DNA of 64,000 bases from the NCBI GenBank assembly GCA_018971045.1, contig JAGWVF010000005.1, positions 10,764 through 74,763 of the forward strand, read 5' to 3'. Positions within the stretch are counted from its first letter, which is position 1. Each line of letters starts with the position of its first letter. Below are positions 9,545 through 19,129 of the stretch, one piece after another. The position numbers and the translations under genes were made by a program. The notes under the pieces are model-generated. The model worked only from the letters and a program-made list of their open reading frames with translations, was not told the origin of the DNA and did not search any database. This stretch comes from Patescibacteria group bacterium. Its GTDB lineage: Bacteria; Patescibacteriota; Minisyncoccia; Phycocordibacterales; Phycocordibacteraceae.

Positions 9545-10495
9545 ATGCCGTTTATGTCATCCGCGAACTCGTTTCTCATCCTCGTGGTAAAGTCCATCGG
9601 ATCCTTTATCGTGCTGTCCGGCGCCAACCTGTTCGATACCATCGTCTTCAGCATCAATAGTATTAAGGCGGGAGATCAATCCGCACTCCCGGCATTATTT
9701 TTCATCGGTATCGAATTCTATTTGTTCTTCTTCGTATACCGCGTTTTTCGCATGATCTGGTATTTATCGCGCGAGGTGCCGTTCTTTCGAACGGCTGATC
9801 CGTATTTTTCGGCGCCGTGGCGGGGAGGGAAACGGATATTGCTTATCGGCGACAGCACGGCGTACGGCACGGGAGCGAGCCGTCCGGAAGACACGCTTGC
9901 CGGCCGGCTCGGCCGCGATTTTCCGACAGCCGAAATCGTAAATAAGGCGATAAACGGCTCGAAGGCGAAAAGCGCGCTCGAACAGCTCCGATCGACGGAG
10001 GGGCAGTTCGATCTCATTCTGATTTGCACGGGAGGCAATGATATTTGGAGCTACACGCGGCTCGCGACGCTTGAACAACATATGGACAATCTTCTTACGG
10101 AAGCCGTCGGTCGAAGCAATCATCAAGTCGTTGTACTCTTCTATCCCAATTTCGCGACAGCGGACATCTTTCCGAACCCGCTCCATTCCATCATGACGCG
10201 GCGGTCGCAGGAAGTATTTAATCTGTTTTCTCGCGTAACGAGCGCGTTCAACGTCCCGCTCATTGACCTCTTTACGACCTTTAAATCAAGAGATTTTTTC
10301 TCGGTGCGTGTCGCTGAAGATCGCGATCAATACGTCGCCGCGGACAAAATGCATCCGAACAGCGAAGGATATCGGCTCTGGTATAACCGGATGTGGCGCG
10401 AGATGGTCGAACATCGTTTTCCCTTTGTCGCGGCGCTGAAATCTCAAAACGGGGAGAGTATTCGTATGCAGTCGCTCGTGCGCCGCGAAAATTAA
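9545..10495 (+). CDS. SGNH/GDSL hydrolase, membrane-anchored paralog
   Basis: N-terminal TM helices, then GDSTAYGTG and DKMHPNSEGYRLWY blocks. It is a tandem paralog of the preceding gene. Confidence 0.7.
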   Translation: MPFMSSANSFLILVVKSIGSFIVLSGANLFDTIVFSINSIKAGDQSALPALFFIGIEFYLFFFVYRVFRMIWYLSREVPFFRTADPYFSAPWRGGKRILLIGDSTAYGTGASRPEDTLAGRLGRDFPTAEIVNKAINGSKAKSALEQLRSTEGQFDLILICTGGNDIWSYTRLATLEQHMDNLLTEAVGRSNHQVVVLFYPNFATADIFPNPLHSIMTRRSQEVFNLFSRVTSAFNVPLIDLFTTFKSRDFFSVRVAEDRDQYVAADKMHPNSEGYRLWYNRMWREMVEHRFPFVAALKSQNGESIRMQSLVRREN

Positions 10496-10539
10496 AAGGA
10501 CCCGCATTTGTCATGGGGCCCTTTCTTCCGCGCCCTGTC

Positions 10540-10737
10540 TCACGGGCTGGCCGGATTCGATGATTGTTTCTTTAGTCGAGCAAGAAACTCCTCTTCGGGG
10601 TGGTCCGGATAGCGCGGTTGCGACTCGATGGTGCGCGTGCACGCTCTTGAACACGTCCCGCTTTCTCTATAGCGGGCATAGAATCCATCGATTGGACGCG
10701 CACACACCATACAGCGGTAGAGCAGTTTCTTCGCCAC
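10540..10737 (-). CDS. hypothetical small Cys-rich protein
   Basis: 65 aa with paired cysteines (CMVC…CSRAC). Weak. Confidence 0.2.
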   Translation of the reverse strand: MAKKLLYRCMVCARPIDGFYARYRESGTCSRACTRTIESQPRYPDHPEEEFLARLKKQSSNPASP

Positions 10738-10870
10738 CGCTTCAGAAAGAACAGGGTTCCTGTTAATTTTCTTCCCCTTTCGGTCGGTTCGTTGACGGGT
10801 TTTGACGACTATAGACAGCGCAGGGCTGTCTGTTTGTACGGTACTCGACTCTAGTGAGAACGCAAGAGAT

Positions 10871-10904
10871 AACGCACAGCCGCCCGTACGGGCGGCTGTG
10901 CGTT
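10871..10904 (-). terminator. rho-independent terminator hairpin (perfect 15-bp stem) downstream of tmRNA
   Basis: aacgcacagccgccc-gtac-gggcggctgtgcgtt. Confidence 0.5.
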
Positions 10905-10909
10905 TATTA

Positions 10910-11317
10910 GGTGGAGATGTCGGGAATCGAACCCGAGTCCGAATCTGTTCAGGAAAGCGAGTCTACGGCGCGTAGTCGGCGTTATCTTTAAAGCAGGGTG
11001 CGAGGAACGCAGACGAAACCATCCCTGCCCGATCCCTTATTTAAATGTGCCGGTCGGGAAGCCGGACATCGATTCCGCAGGAGATTCCACCCATCGGCTC
11101 GACTGCAGAAACTCGGAGCCGGCGGATGTCGCGAGGCGAGTGGCCGTTAGGCGACCGCGTGCGCGAACGCGAAATCCTTCATACTGAAGTACGGGGACTT
11201 CGCGCTTGCAAGAGTGTTCTTGGCAAGTTTGATGGCTCGGTGGATTTACGTGGCATACGAGCGTGCACGGCGCCGCACGTCTTTCAAGGTACAGACCGTC
11301 AAAGCCGGTCATCCCCG
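10910..11317 (-). ncRNA. ssrA: tmRNA (SsrA)
   Basis: - The minus-strand 5' end GGGGAUGACCGGCUUUGACGG fits the tmRNA consensus.
- The 3' end is GGUUCGAUUCCCGACAUCUCCACC.
- The acceptor stem pairs with a G3-U70 wobble.
- It lies immediately downstream of smpB. Confidence 0.7.
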
Positions 11318-11351
11318 ACAAGAGCACAAGCGCGTTCTGCGCTTATCGGGA

Positions 11352-11795
11352 CTACCGATGTTTCAATACGCGTGCGCGTTCGCGATCGGCATCGCGCTTT
11401 TTTAAATCTTCGCGGCGGTCGGCTTTTCCCTTGCCGCGAACGATCGCGATTCGCGCTTTTACGAATCTATTTTTAGTATACACCTCAAGTGGAATAATTG
11501 TCAATCCTCTCTTCGCTTCTTCCTGCGCCAAGGTCGCGATTTCTTTCTTAGTAAGGAGAAGGCGGCGCGGACGCTCGGCGTCATAACTCTTCGCGATATT
11601 CGCCGTTTGGTAGGGCGGGATGGTCATGCCCACGATATACGCCTCGCCGCCGCGCACCACGACCCGCGCGCCATCAAGCGATCCTTGCTTATTCCGCAAC
11701 GACTTCACCTCGTCGCCCATAAGCTCAAGTCCGGCTGAGAAGGTCTCGATCGGTTGGAATTTGAGCAATGCCTTCTTGTATTCGACGAGCGTCAT
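11352..11795 (-). CDS. smpB: SsrA-binding protein SmpB
   Basis: MTLVEYKKALLKFQPIETFSAGLELMGDEVKSLR… is typical SmpB. Start trimmed to 11795 to avoid overlap with divergent ftsH. Confidence 0.85.
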   Translation of the reverse strand: MTLVEYKKALLKFQPIETFSAGLELMGDEVKSLRNKQGSLDGARVVVRGGEAYIVGMTIPPYQTANIAKSYDAERPRRLLLTKKEIATLAQEEAKRGLTIIPLEVYTKNRFVKARIAIVRGKGKADRREDLKKRDADRERARVLKHR

Positions 11796-11817
11796 ACGGT
11801 GCAGTATACTCGGTTTT

Positions 11818-13788
11818 ATGACAAGCGGAGCGCCCAAGAAGCCAAAGGGACCGCCGGGTAACCGGCCGGGGAAGAAGCCCGCGCCCCGCACAGGGTGGCG
11901 CGGCCTTTTCGGCGGGCCGTCGTTCTTCGGAAATCTCGCGACCACCATTCTCATCTTTCTCTTACTGATGAGCGGCTACTCGCTCGTTATGAATACGATC
12001 AAGCCGAGTAATGAGATCCCGCTCTCGACGGTCGCGGCGGATGTCGCTCTAGGAAAGGTGAGTTCGATCTCAGTGAGCGGCGATTCGCTCGAAGTGGTCT
12101 ATGCCGACAAGACCGAGAAGACCTCCCGCAAGGATCCCTCGACCGGGCTTCCCGAGACGCTCGCGACGTACGGCGTGACGCCCGCCGAGCTTGCGAAGGT
12201 CGCGATCACCATCCAAGGACAATCAGGATTCGAGTTCTGGCTCCTCACGCTCGGGCCGATTCTGATACCGATCCTTTTTATCGCGTTTCTTTTCTGGTTT
12301 CTCTCGAGGCAGGTAAAGGGCGCGGGGATGCAGGCATTTACCTTCGGCCAATCGAAGGCGCGCATCACTGACCCGGCAGACGTGAATCAGCGCGTTACCT
12401 TCGCCGATGTCGCCGGCGCGCGCGAGGCGAAGGAGGAGCTTCTGGAGATCGTCGACTTTCTCAAGAGCCCGAAGAAGTTTCTCGATATCGGCGCCCGAAT
12501 CCCGAAGGGCATCATTCTCATGGGTGCCCCGGGGACCGGAAAGACGCTTCTCGCGCGCGCGGTCGCGGGCGAGGCGGGCGTGCCGTTCTTCTCGATCAGC
12601 GGATCCGAGTTCGTCGAGATGTTTGTCGGCGTCGGCGCCAGCCGCGTGCGCGACTTGTTCCAGATGGCGAAGAAGGCCGCTCCGGCGATTATCTTCGTTG
12701 ACGAGATCGACGCGGTCGGGCGCGTGCGCGGTACCGGCGTCGGCGGCGGCAATGACGAGCGCGAGCAGACGCTCAACCAAATCTTGGTCGAGATGGACGG
12801 CTTCGAGCCGACGGAGAAGGTGGTAGTGATGGCGGCAACCAACCGGCCGGATGTTCTCGACCCGGCGCTTCTGCGCCCCGGGCGCTTTGACCGCCGCGTG
12901 ACGATCGATCTCCCTGATCGCCGCGATCGCGAGGATATTTTGAAGATTCACGCGCGCGCGAAGCCTCTTGGCCCCGATGTCGCCCTCTCGGTCATCGCCG
13001 AGCGCACGCCCGGCTTCTCGGGCGCGGAGCTTTACTCGCTTATGAACGAAGCAGCGATTCTTGCCGCGCGCGAGAACCGCAAGGAAGTGACGCAGTACGA
13101 TCTCATTCGTTCGATTGAAAAAGTGATGCTCGGCCCCGAGCGGAAATCGCACCTGCTCAGTAAGAAAGAGAAGGAGCTCACCGCCTACCACGAGGCCGGG
13201 CACGCGCTCGTCTCCTCGATTCTTCCGAACGCCGATCCGGTGCATAAGATCTCGATCATCAGCCGCGGCCGCGCCGCCGGCTACACGCTGAAGCTTCCCT
13301 TCGAGGACCGCAAGATGCAATCCAAGAAGCAGTTTCTCGACGATATCGCGGCCACGCTCGGCGGCTACGTCGCCGAGGAGATGCTCTTCGACGACGTTAC
13401 GACCGGGCCCTCTAACGACCTGATGGTCATCACCGCGCTCGCGCGCGAGATGGTAACGCGCTACGGAATGAGCGATGTCTTGGGGCCGATCGCGTTTGGC
13501 GAGCGCCAGCTCGGCAACGAGCCGTACTCGGAGCAGGTGGCGGCGCAAATCGACGCCGAAGTCGCGCGCATCATCTCCGACGCCAAGGCGCGCGCGAAGA
13601 GCGTGCTTATCGAGCATCGCTCCGCTCTCGACGCGATCGCGAAAGAGCTCGTTGAAAAGGAGACGATCGAACGCGCCGACTTCGAGAAGCTGCTTATTGC
13701 GAACGGCATCACGCCAAAGAAACAGGACGAAGAGGGGATCGTCATCGCGCCCCTCATCGACAGCGCCACCGGGAGCGACGTTATATAA
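11818..13788 (+). CDS. ftsH: ATP-dependent zinc metalloprotease FtsH
   Basis: - AAA+ Walker A GAPGTGKT.
- Second region of homology.
- HEAGH zinc site.
- Start set at MTSGAPKK (11818). Confidence 0.9.
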   Translation: MTSGAPKKPKGPPGNRPGKKPAPRTGWRGLFGGPSFFGNLATTILIFLLLMSGYSLVMNTIKPSNEIPLSTVAADVALGKVSSISVSGDSLEVVYADKTEKTSRKDPSTGLPETLATYGVTPAELAKVAITIQGQSGFEFWLLTLGPILIPILFIAFLFWFLSRQVKGAGMQAFTFGQSKARITDPADVNQRVTFADVAGAREAKEELLEIVDFLKSPKKFLDIGARIPKGIILMGAPGTGKTLLARAVAGEAGVPFFSISGSEFVEMFVGVGASRVRDLFQMAKKAAPAIIFVDEIDAVGRVRGTGVGGGNDEREQTLNQILVEMDGFEPTEKVVVMAATNRPDVLDPALLRPGRFDRRVTIDLPDRRDREDILKIHARAKPLGPDVALSVIAERTPGFSGAELYSLMNEAAILAARENRKEVTQYDLIRSIEKVMLGPERKSHLLSKKEKELTAYHEAGHALVSSILPNADPVHKISIISRGRAAGYTLKLPFEDRKMQSKKQFLDDIAATLGGYVAEEMLFDDVTTGPSNDLMVITALAREMVTRYGMSDVLGPIAFGERQLGNEPYSEQVAAQIDAEVARIISDAKARAKSVLIEHRSALDAIAKELVEKETIERADFEKLLIANGITPKKQDEEGIVIAPLIDSATGSDVI

Positions 13789-14075
13789 AAATATAAAAAA
13801 TCCCCACCGGGCTACAGATATCGCGAAGCAGAGCAACGCGACGCCCATAGCCCCGTAGGGACTTTCTCTCTGACCAACCAACCAGTTTTCAAGTTACTCC
13901 CCGTCTTCGCGGGGAGGAGTGGGTGGCGAGGAGACATATATCGCTCGGCTCGCCAGCTGCTTCTCCTAACGAAATGGTCGGTCTGGACCCTATAGTTCTA
14001 TACTAGCATACCGTGTCTATTTTGTCAAGACCCCCGTAATGGCTCAAACGCTTTGACTCGAACCAAGAATCGCAG

Positions 14076-14148
14076 TGGGCGTGCCTGGACTCGAACCAGG
14101 AACCGCAGAGGTATAAGCTCTGTGCTCTAACCATTGAGCTACACGCCC
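14076..14148 (-). tRNA. tRNA-Ile (anticodon UAU)
   Basis: Perfect cloverleaf. Acceptor GGGCGTG/CACGCCC, anticodon loop CTTATAC, CCA not encoded. Confidence 0.8.
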
Positions 14149-14250
14149 TTATTTTCACATTCCTTATTTTCACTTTCCTTCGCTTGCCGTACGCTCTCTA
14201 CTCTAGCCAACTGAGCTGCGGGCGGGAACATTCGTAACTGTACCGCACGA

Positions 14251-16419
14251 CTACTCCAAATGCATCTCGGCGCTCGCCGCGCTGACGCGCGCGGCGAGCG
14301 CCGGGTGGCGTGAGAGCTCGGGATCCTCGGCGACCAGCCGCGCGGCCTCGCTTCTCGCGGCCTCGACGAGCTTCATATTCTGAAGCGCCTCCATCGCGAT
14401 GTCCGAGACGCCCCACTGGCGGCCGCCTATAAGCTCGCCGGCGCCGCGGAGCGCGAGATCGTATTCGGCGAGCTCGAAGCCGTTCTTCGCGTTTGCGAAG
14501 GCCTTCATCCTCTCGCGCGTCGTCTCGCCCATAGTTTCAGGGAGAGCGAAGCAGTAGCTCTGATGCGTCGAGCGGATCACTCGGCCGCGTAGCTGATGGA
14601 GTTGCGCTAAGCCGAAGCGCTCGGCGCCCTCGACGAGGATCACGGTCGCGTTCGGGACGTTCACTCCCACTTCAACGACTGACGTCGCGACGAGAATATC
14701 TATTGCGCCCGTCGCGAAGCTCTGCATGGTCTCCTCCTTTTCTCCCGGTGTCATCTTGCTGTGCAATACACCGATCTCTGAGTCGGGAAACACCTCTCTG
14801 GAGAGCCGCGCGGCCTCCGCCTTCACCGACTTGGCTTGGAGCGCGAGCTCTCTTGCGGGATCGGGCTCGTCAATGCGAGGGCAGATTACATAGGCTTGAT
14901 GTCTGGCGGCGAGCTCGGAGCGCACGCGCGCGTACGCCCGCTCGCGCTCTTTTGGTCCGAGGATCTCCGTCATGACGGATTTTCGTCCCGCCGGCATCTC
15001 GTCGAGAAGCGTGAGATCGAGATCACCGTAGAGCGTGAGCGCGAGCGTGCGCGGGATGGGAGTCGCGGTCATCGAGAGAAGGTGCGGAGCAATGGAGCTC
15101 TTGGTCGCGAGCCGCTGGCGATGGATCGTCCCGAAGCGATGCTGTTCGTCGATGATCGCGTAGGCGAGATATTTAAAGACGAGCGACTTCTCGACGAGCG
15201 CGTGCGTGCCGATCACGATCGGTATCTCGCCGTTCGCCACCATCTTTTTAAACGCCGCTCTCGAGAGTTTCGCCGACTCTTCGTAGCGTACGCGCGAGGG
15301 GAACTTGCGGCACTCGCTTCCGGTAATAAGCCCGATTGGAATCGGATGATCTTTAAAATACGAAACAAAGGTCGAGAAGTGCTGTTTCGCGAGGATCTCG
15401 GTCGGGCAGAGATACGCGGTCTGCAGGGTTCCCGCGATGCGGCCCTTCGGGAGCGAGGTTGCGACGAGATACGCGGTCGCGGCGGCAACGGCGGTCTTGC
15501 CGCTCCCGACGTCGCCCTCAAGAAGGCGGAGCATCGGGTGCGTCTTTTCAAAATCGCTTACGATCGCGTCGATGGCGCGCTTCTGCGCCGCTGTCGCCGG
15601 AAAAGGGAAGGAGGCGATGAAACTCGCGAGTTTCTCCCGATCGACCGAGACGGGGAGCGCCTCTTCGCGCAGGAGCGCGTTCCGCCGCCGTTGCATGACC
15701 ACCTGAAGCGCGAATACTTCTTCAAAGGCGAACCGCTTGCGCGCCGCATCCGCATCCCCGCTCTTTTGCGGCGTGTGGATGAAGACGAGCGCGGTCGAAA
15801 GCGAGGGGAGGTTATAGCGCGCGAGCATGCTTGGCGGAAGCGGATCGTCGAGCGTCTCATGCGCGCGCGCCTCGAATGCTCTCTTCAGAGCGTGGAAAAA
15901 CCAGAGCGATGAGATTCCTTGGCTTTCCGGGTACATCGGATATAAGAATCGGTCTTGCATCAAGCCCGTTCCTTGATGAAAGAGCGAACCGTGCGCTTCA
16001 TCGGGAATCGCCGAATATCGCTTAATCTCAGGATTTGCCAGATACATTTTCGCTCCCGTTCCCGCCACTCTTCCGTTCACCCGTACCGTCATCCCGTCGT
16101 GGAGCGTCTTCGCGATATACGGCTGGCTGAACCACATCATTTTTATTTTCCCCGACGCGTCTTCAAGCCACGCTTCCGCTACCGGCCGCCGGCTCTTCCA
16201 TGTTTTGCGGATATCGGGCTTGCGCACCGTTCCGTAGAGCGCGGCCTCAGCTCCCGCCGTCACTCCGGCGATCGCGGCCGGAGGCCCGGAGCTTTCGTAA
16301 CGCGAAGGAAAGTGATAGAGAAGATCGCGGATGGTGCGGATCCCGAGCTTGGTAAGCGCGCGCTTCTGATCGCTTCGTAGACGGGTAAAATGCTTCTCGA
16401 TCGCATCGGAGGCGTGCAT
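14251..16419 (-). CDS. recG: ATP-dependent DNA helicase RecG
   Basis: 722 aa. Superfamily 2 helicase motifs (DEQHRFG) with an N-terminal wedge region. Confidence 0.9.
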   Translation of the reverse strand: MHASDAIEKHFTRLRSDQKRALTKLGIRTIRDLLYHFPSRYESSGPPAAIAGVTAGAEAALYGTVRKPDIRKTWKSRRPVAEAWLEDASGKIKMMWFSQPYIAKTLHDGMTVRVNGRVAGTGAKMYLANPEIKRYSAIPDEAHGSLFHQGTGLMQDRFLYPMYPESQGISSLWFFHALKRAFEARAHETLDDPLPPSMLARYNLPSLSTALVFIHTPQKSGDADAARKRFAFEEVFALQVVMQRRRNALLREEALPVSVDREKLASFIASFPFPATAAQKRAIDAIVSDFEKTHPMLRLLEGDVGSGKTAVAAATAYLVATSLPKGRIAGTLQTAYLCPTEILAKQHFSTFVSYFKDHPIPIGLITGSECRKFPSRVRYEESAKLSRAAFKKMVANGEIPIVIGTHALVEKSLVFKYLAYAIIDEQHRFGTIHRQRLATKSSIAPHLLSMTATPIPRTLALTLYGDLDLTLLDEMPAGRKSVMTEILGPKERERAYARVRSELAARHQAYVICPRIDEPDPARELALQAKSVKAEAARLSREVFPDSEIGVLHSKMTPGEKEETMQSFATGAIDILVATSVVEVGVNVPNATVILVEGAERFGLAQLHQLRGRVIRSTHQSYCFALPETMGETTRERMKAFANAKNGFELAEYDLALRGAGELIGGRQWGVSDIAMEALQNMKLVEAARSEAARLVAEDPELSRHPALAARVSAASAEMHLE

Positions 16420-16491
16420 GCCATCCAGTATACTCGCTACGGCGCGGCCTCACCGCTTCACGAGCGGACGCGGCATGGTATAGTCGAGTCG

Positions 16492-17616
16492 ATGGATAAA
16501 AAAATAGTAACTGCCTTTATGAAGCAGGGCGCGCGGATCGAGACTCGGGCTCGCGTGCCGCTTAAAGAGAAGAAGGACTTTTCACTCTGGTACACCCCGG
16601 GCGTGGGCGCCGCTTCGACTCATCTCGCGAAACACCCAAAGGATGCGCGCAACATGTCAGTGAAGAAGAATAGCGTCGCGGTCATCTCCGACGGATCGGC
16701 GGTCCTCGGTCTTGGCAATATCGGCCCCTACGGCGCTCTCCCCGTGATGGAAGGGAAGGCGCTCATTTTCAAAAGCCGAGCCGATATCGACGCGTGGCCG
16801 ATCGTGCTCTCGACTCAGGATCCAGACGAGATCGTCCGCACCGTACAGGCGATCGCGCCGGCGTTCGGCGGAATTAATCTTGAAGATATCGCCGCTCCGC
16901 AGTGTTTCGACATCGAGAAGCGGCTCGTAGAATCTCTCGATATTCCGGTGATGCACGACGATCAGCACGGCACGGCGATCGTCGTCCTGGCCGGACTCAT
17001 GAATGCCGCGAGAGTCGTGAAGAAGGATCTGAAGAGATTAAAGATCGTCATCAGCGGCGCCGGAGCGGCCGGTACGGCGGTCGCGAAGCTGCTTCTTACC
17101 GCCGGCGCGAAAGACATCATCCTCCTCGATCGAAAGGGCGCGATCTTCAAGGGGCGCGACGGTCTTAGCGCGCACAAGGCCGAACTCGCCGAGCTCACCA
17201 ACCCTCGCGGGGAGGCTGGCGGTCTTGAGGAAGCGATGCGCGGCGCGGACGCCTTTATCGGCGTATCGGGCGGAGGCCTTCTCCATGCCGATCATATCGC
17301 TCGGATGGCGCCGAGAGCGATCGTCTTCGCCCTCGCGAACCCTGATCCGGAGATTCTGCCCGAAGCGGCGAAGAAGGCCGGCGCGGCGGTCGTCGCCACC
17401 GGACGGTCCGATTTCCCAAATCAGATTAATAACGCGCTCGTGTTCCCGGGCATCTTCCGCGGCGCGCTCGACAAGGGCGTGAAGAAGATTACGGATCCGA
17501 TGAAATTGCGCGCGGCGAAAGCTCTCGCCGCGCTCGTCGCGCGCCCGACAAAGGAGCGCATCATCCCCGACATCCTGCATCCCCGTATCGTGAAGACAGT
17601 AGCCGAAGCAATGTAG
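16492..17616 (+). CDS. NAD(P)-dependent malic enzyme
   Basis: Malic enzyme fold with the GAGAAG NAD-binding motif. Start MDKK at 16492, preceded by TATAGT. Confidence 0.8.
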   Translation: MDKKIVTAFMKQGARIETRARVPLKEKKDFSLWYTPGVGAASTHLAKHPKDARNMSVKKNSVAVISDGSAVLGLGNIGPYGALPVMEGKALIFKSRADIDAWPIVLSTQDPDEIVRTVQAIAPAFGGINLEDIAAPQCFDIEKRLVESLDIPVMHDDQHGTAIVVLAGLMNAARVVKKDLKRLKIVISGAGAAGTAVAKLLLTAGAKDIILLDRKGAIFKGRDGLSAHKAELAELTNPRGEAGGLEEAMRGADAFIGVSGGGLLHADHIARMAPRAIVFALANPDPEILPEAAKKAGAAVVATGRSDFPNQINNALVFPGIFRGALDKGVKKITDPMKLRAAKALAALVARPTKERIIPDILHPRIVKTVAEAM

Positions 17617-17678
17617 GATAATCGTCTCTTGGGGATAAGTCTCAAGAAGGGAGATAGGAGGCTGTACGCTATGGATAT

Positions 17679-19127
17679 ATGAGACCCAGACTCTTTGTTT
17701 CGTCCGTGTTTCCTCTCTTGTTTTTCTTTGCCGGATTACCCGTAGCGTTCGGGCAAACAAGCGTGTCAAGCGCGTCGAGTACGACAGCAGTGCCTGTACC
17801 TCCTCCGTGGTGGCTCTCCGGTCAAGTCGGACGCCCCGAAGGGGCCGTGAGTTGTTTTGATTATTATCGCTTCGGGAGCGTGTCCGTAAACGCGGTTATA
17901 AAGGATGCGACGGTGAAGGCGGGTGAGTCGCTTCCAGTCTCGGGCGCGATCGTAAACAACAACAGCTATCCGATAGTGGACGGCCAGCTCTACGTTAAGA
18001 TTTTCAAAAAGGATTCCCGCAGTGACGCCTCAATCCGTTTGAACGGATATCCGGTCGTCGATTTCTTTTTGGCCAAGGACAACGTATCCATCGCCTCGAA
18101 AGGAAGCACGGACCTCTCATTTTCTTGGAAAGCGCCCGAAGGCGCGTCGGGAAACTACTACATGGCCTTTTATTTCACCTCGGATTATCGATTCAATCTT
18201 CTCGGGCTCTCCTTCACCGACGACGTAACGGGGAATAAGGACGACTTCCGCGTCATCGGATCCGCAAATTCCTCCGCGCCGGTCGCTTTCGACAAGGACG
18301 CCATTACGCTGAACGGAAAGAGCTTTAATCCCGTCACCTTCCTCCCGCATTTCTCTCAAACGGACCCTGTCTCGCTTGGCGTGACGCTCGTGAATCCGAC
18401 AGACGCCTCAAAGACGGTATCAGTCTCGTACGTAACATCGAAGTGGGACGGCCTCCTAGACGAAAATCGCGTAAAGACCGACACGGTAAACGTGACGCTC
18501 GCTCCGAAAGAGCGCAAGAAACTTTCCTACGCCATTCCGACCGTCGCCACTTCCGTGACTTACACGACTGCGACGGTTACCGACGGCGACGCGAAGTCGA
18601 TTATCTTTACTCGTTTTGTTCGCGACAGTTTCCCCGATATCCGCCTCAATTTCCCCGCTGTCACAGGGTATCCGCTCATGAGCGGGACCCCCGTAACGCT
18701 CTTCTCCTGCGTTCACGCGGAGTCAATGCCGGTCGTGAACGACAATACGCTTACGCTCACGCTGAAAGACGAAAACGGCAATACGCTCCATACTTACACC
18801 TATACCGGAGACGTAACGGGCGACATGATGGGAGTGAAGGACAGCTATACGCCGGCGAAGGATCTCACCTCTTTCTCGCTTACCGCCTCGCTCGCTCACG
18901 CGGGGGCCCGGGTGGAAGAGGTAACGGTGAAGTACGCATGCACCGACATTGACCCCGCTACTTGCCCAGGATCTTCCCCCGGAGGCTTGTTCCAGCTCTC
19001 TCTCACCAGCCCTACGACCGCCTCAATCTTCATTCTCGTCATACTTCTTGTTGGGATAAGCGTACTCTTCTTTATCCGTTCGAGAAGAAAACCAAAAAAC
19101 TCCCCCTTTACTATTCCTAACGAATAA
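17679..19127 (+). CDS. secreted cell-surface protein with C-terminal membrane anchor
   Basis: Signal peptide, S/T-rich beta-rich body, and a C-terminal hydrophobic helix followed by RSRRKPK. Confidence 0.5.
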   Translation: MRPRLFVSSVFPLLFFFAGLPVAFGQTSVSSASSTTAVPVPPPWWLSGQVGRPEGAVSCFDYYRFGSVSVNAVIKDATVKAGESLPVSGAIVNNNSYPIVDGQLYVKIFKKDSRSDASIRLNGYPVVDFFLAKDNVSIASKGSTDLSFSWKAPEGASGNYYMAFYFTSDYRFNLLGLSFTDDVTGNKDDFRVIGSANSSAPVAFDKDAITLNGKSFNPVTFLPHFSQTDPVSLGVTLVNPTDASKTVSVSYVTSKWDGLLDENRVKTDTVNVTLAPKERKKLSYAIPTVATSVTYTTATVTDGDAKSIIFTRFVRDSFPDIRLNFPAVTGYPLMSGTPVTLFSCVHAESMPVVNDNTLTLTLKDENGNTLHTYTYTGDVTGDMMGVKDSYTPAKDLTSFSLTASLAHAGARVEEVTVKYACTDIDPATCPGSSPGGLFQLSLTSPTTASIFILVILLVGISVLFFIRSRRKPKNSPFTIPNE

Positions 19128-19129
19128 CA

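Noticed and set aside
12223-13881. 552-aa ORF antisense to ftsH
   Set aside because: Arg/Ala-rich low-complexity translation typical of high-GC antisense frames. It overlaps a well-supported ftsH gene.
14836-15912. 358-aa ORF antisense to recG, and several 60-140-aa ORFs in the same region
   Set aside because: Antisense artefacts inside a convincing RecG reading frame.
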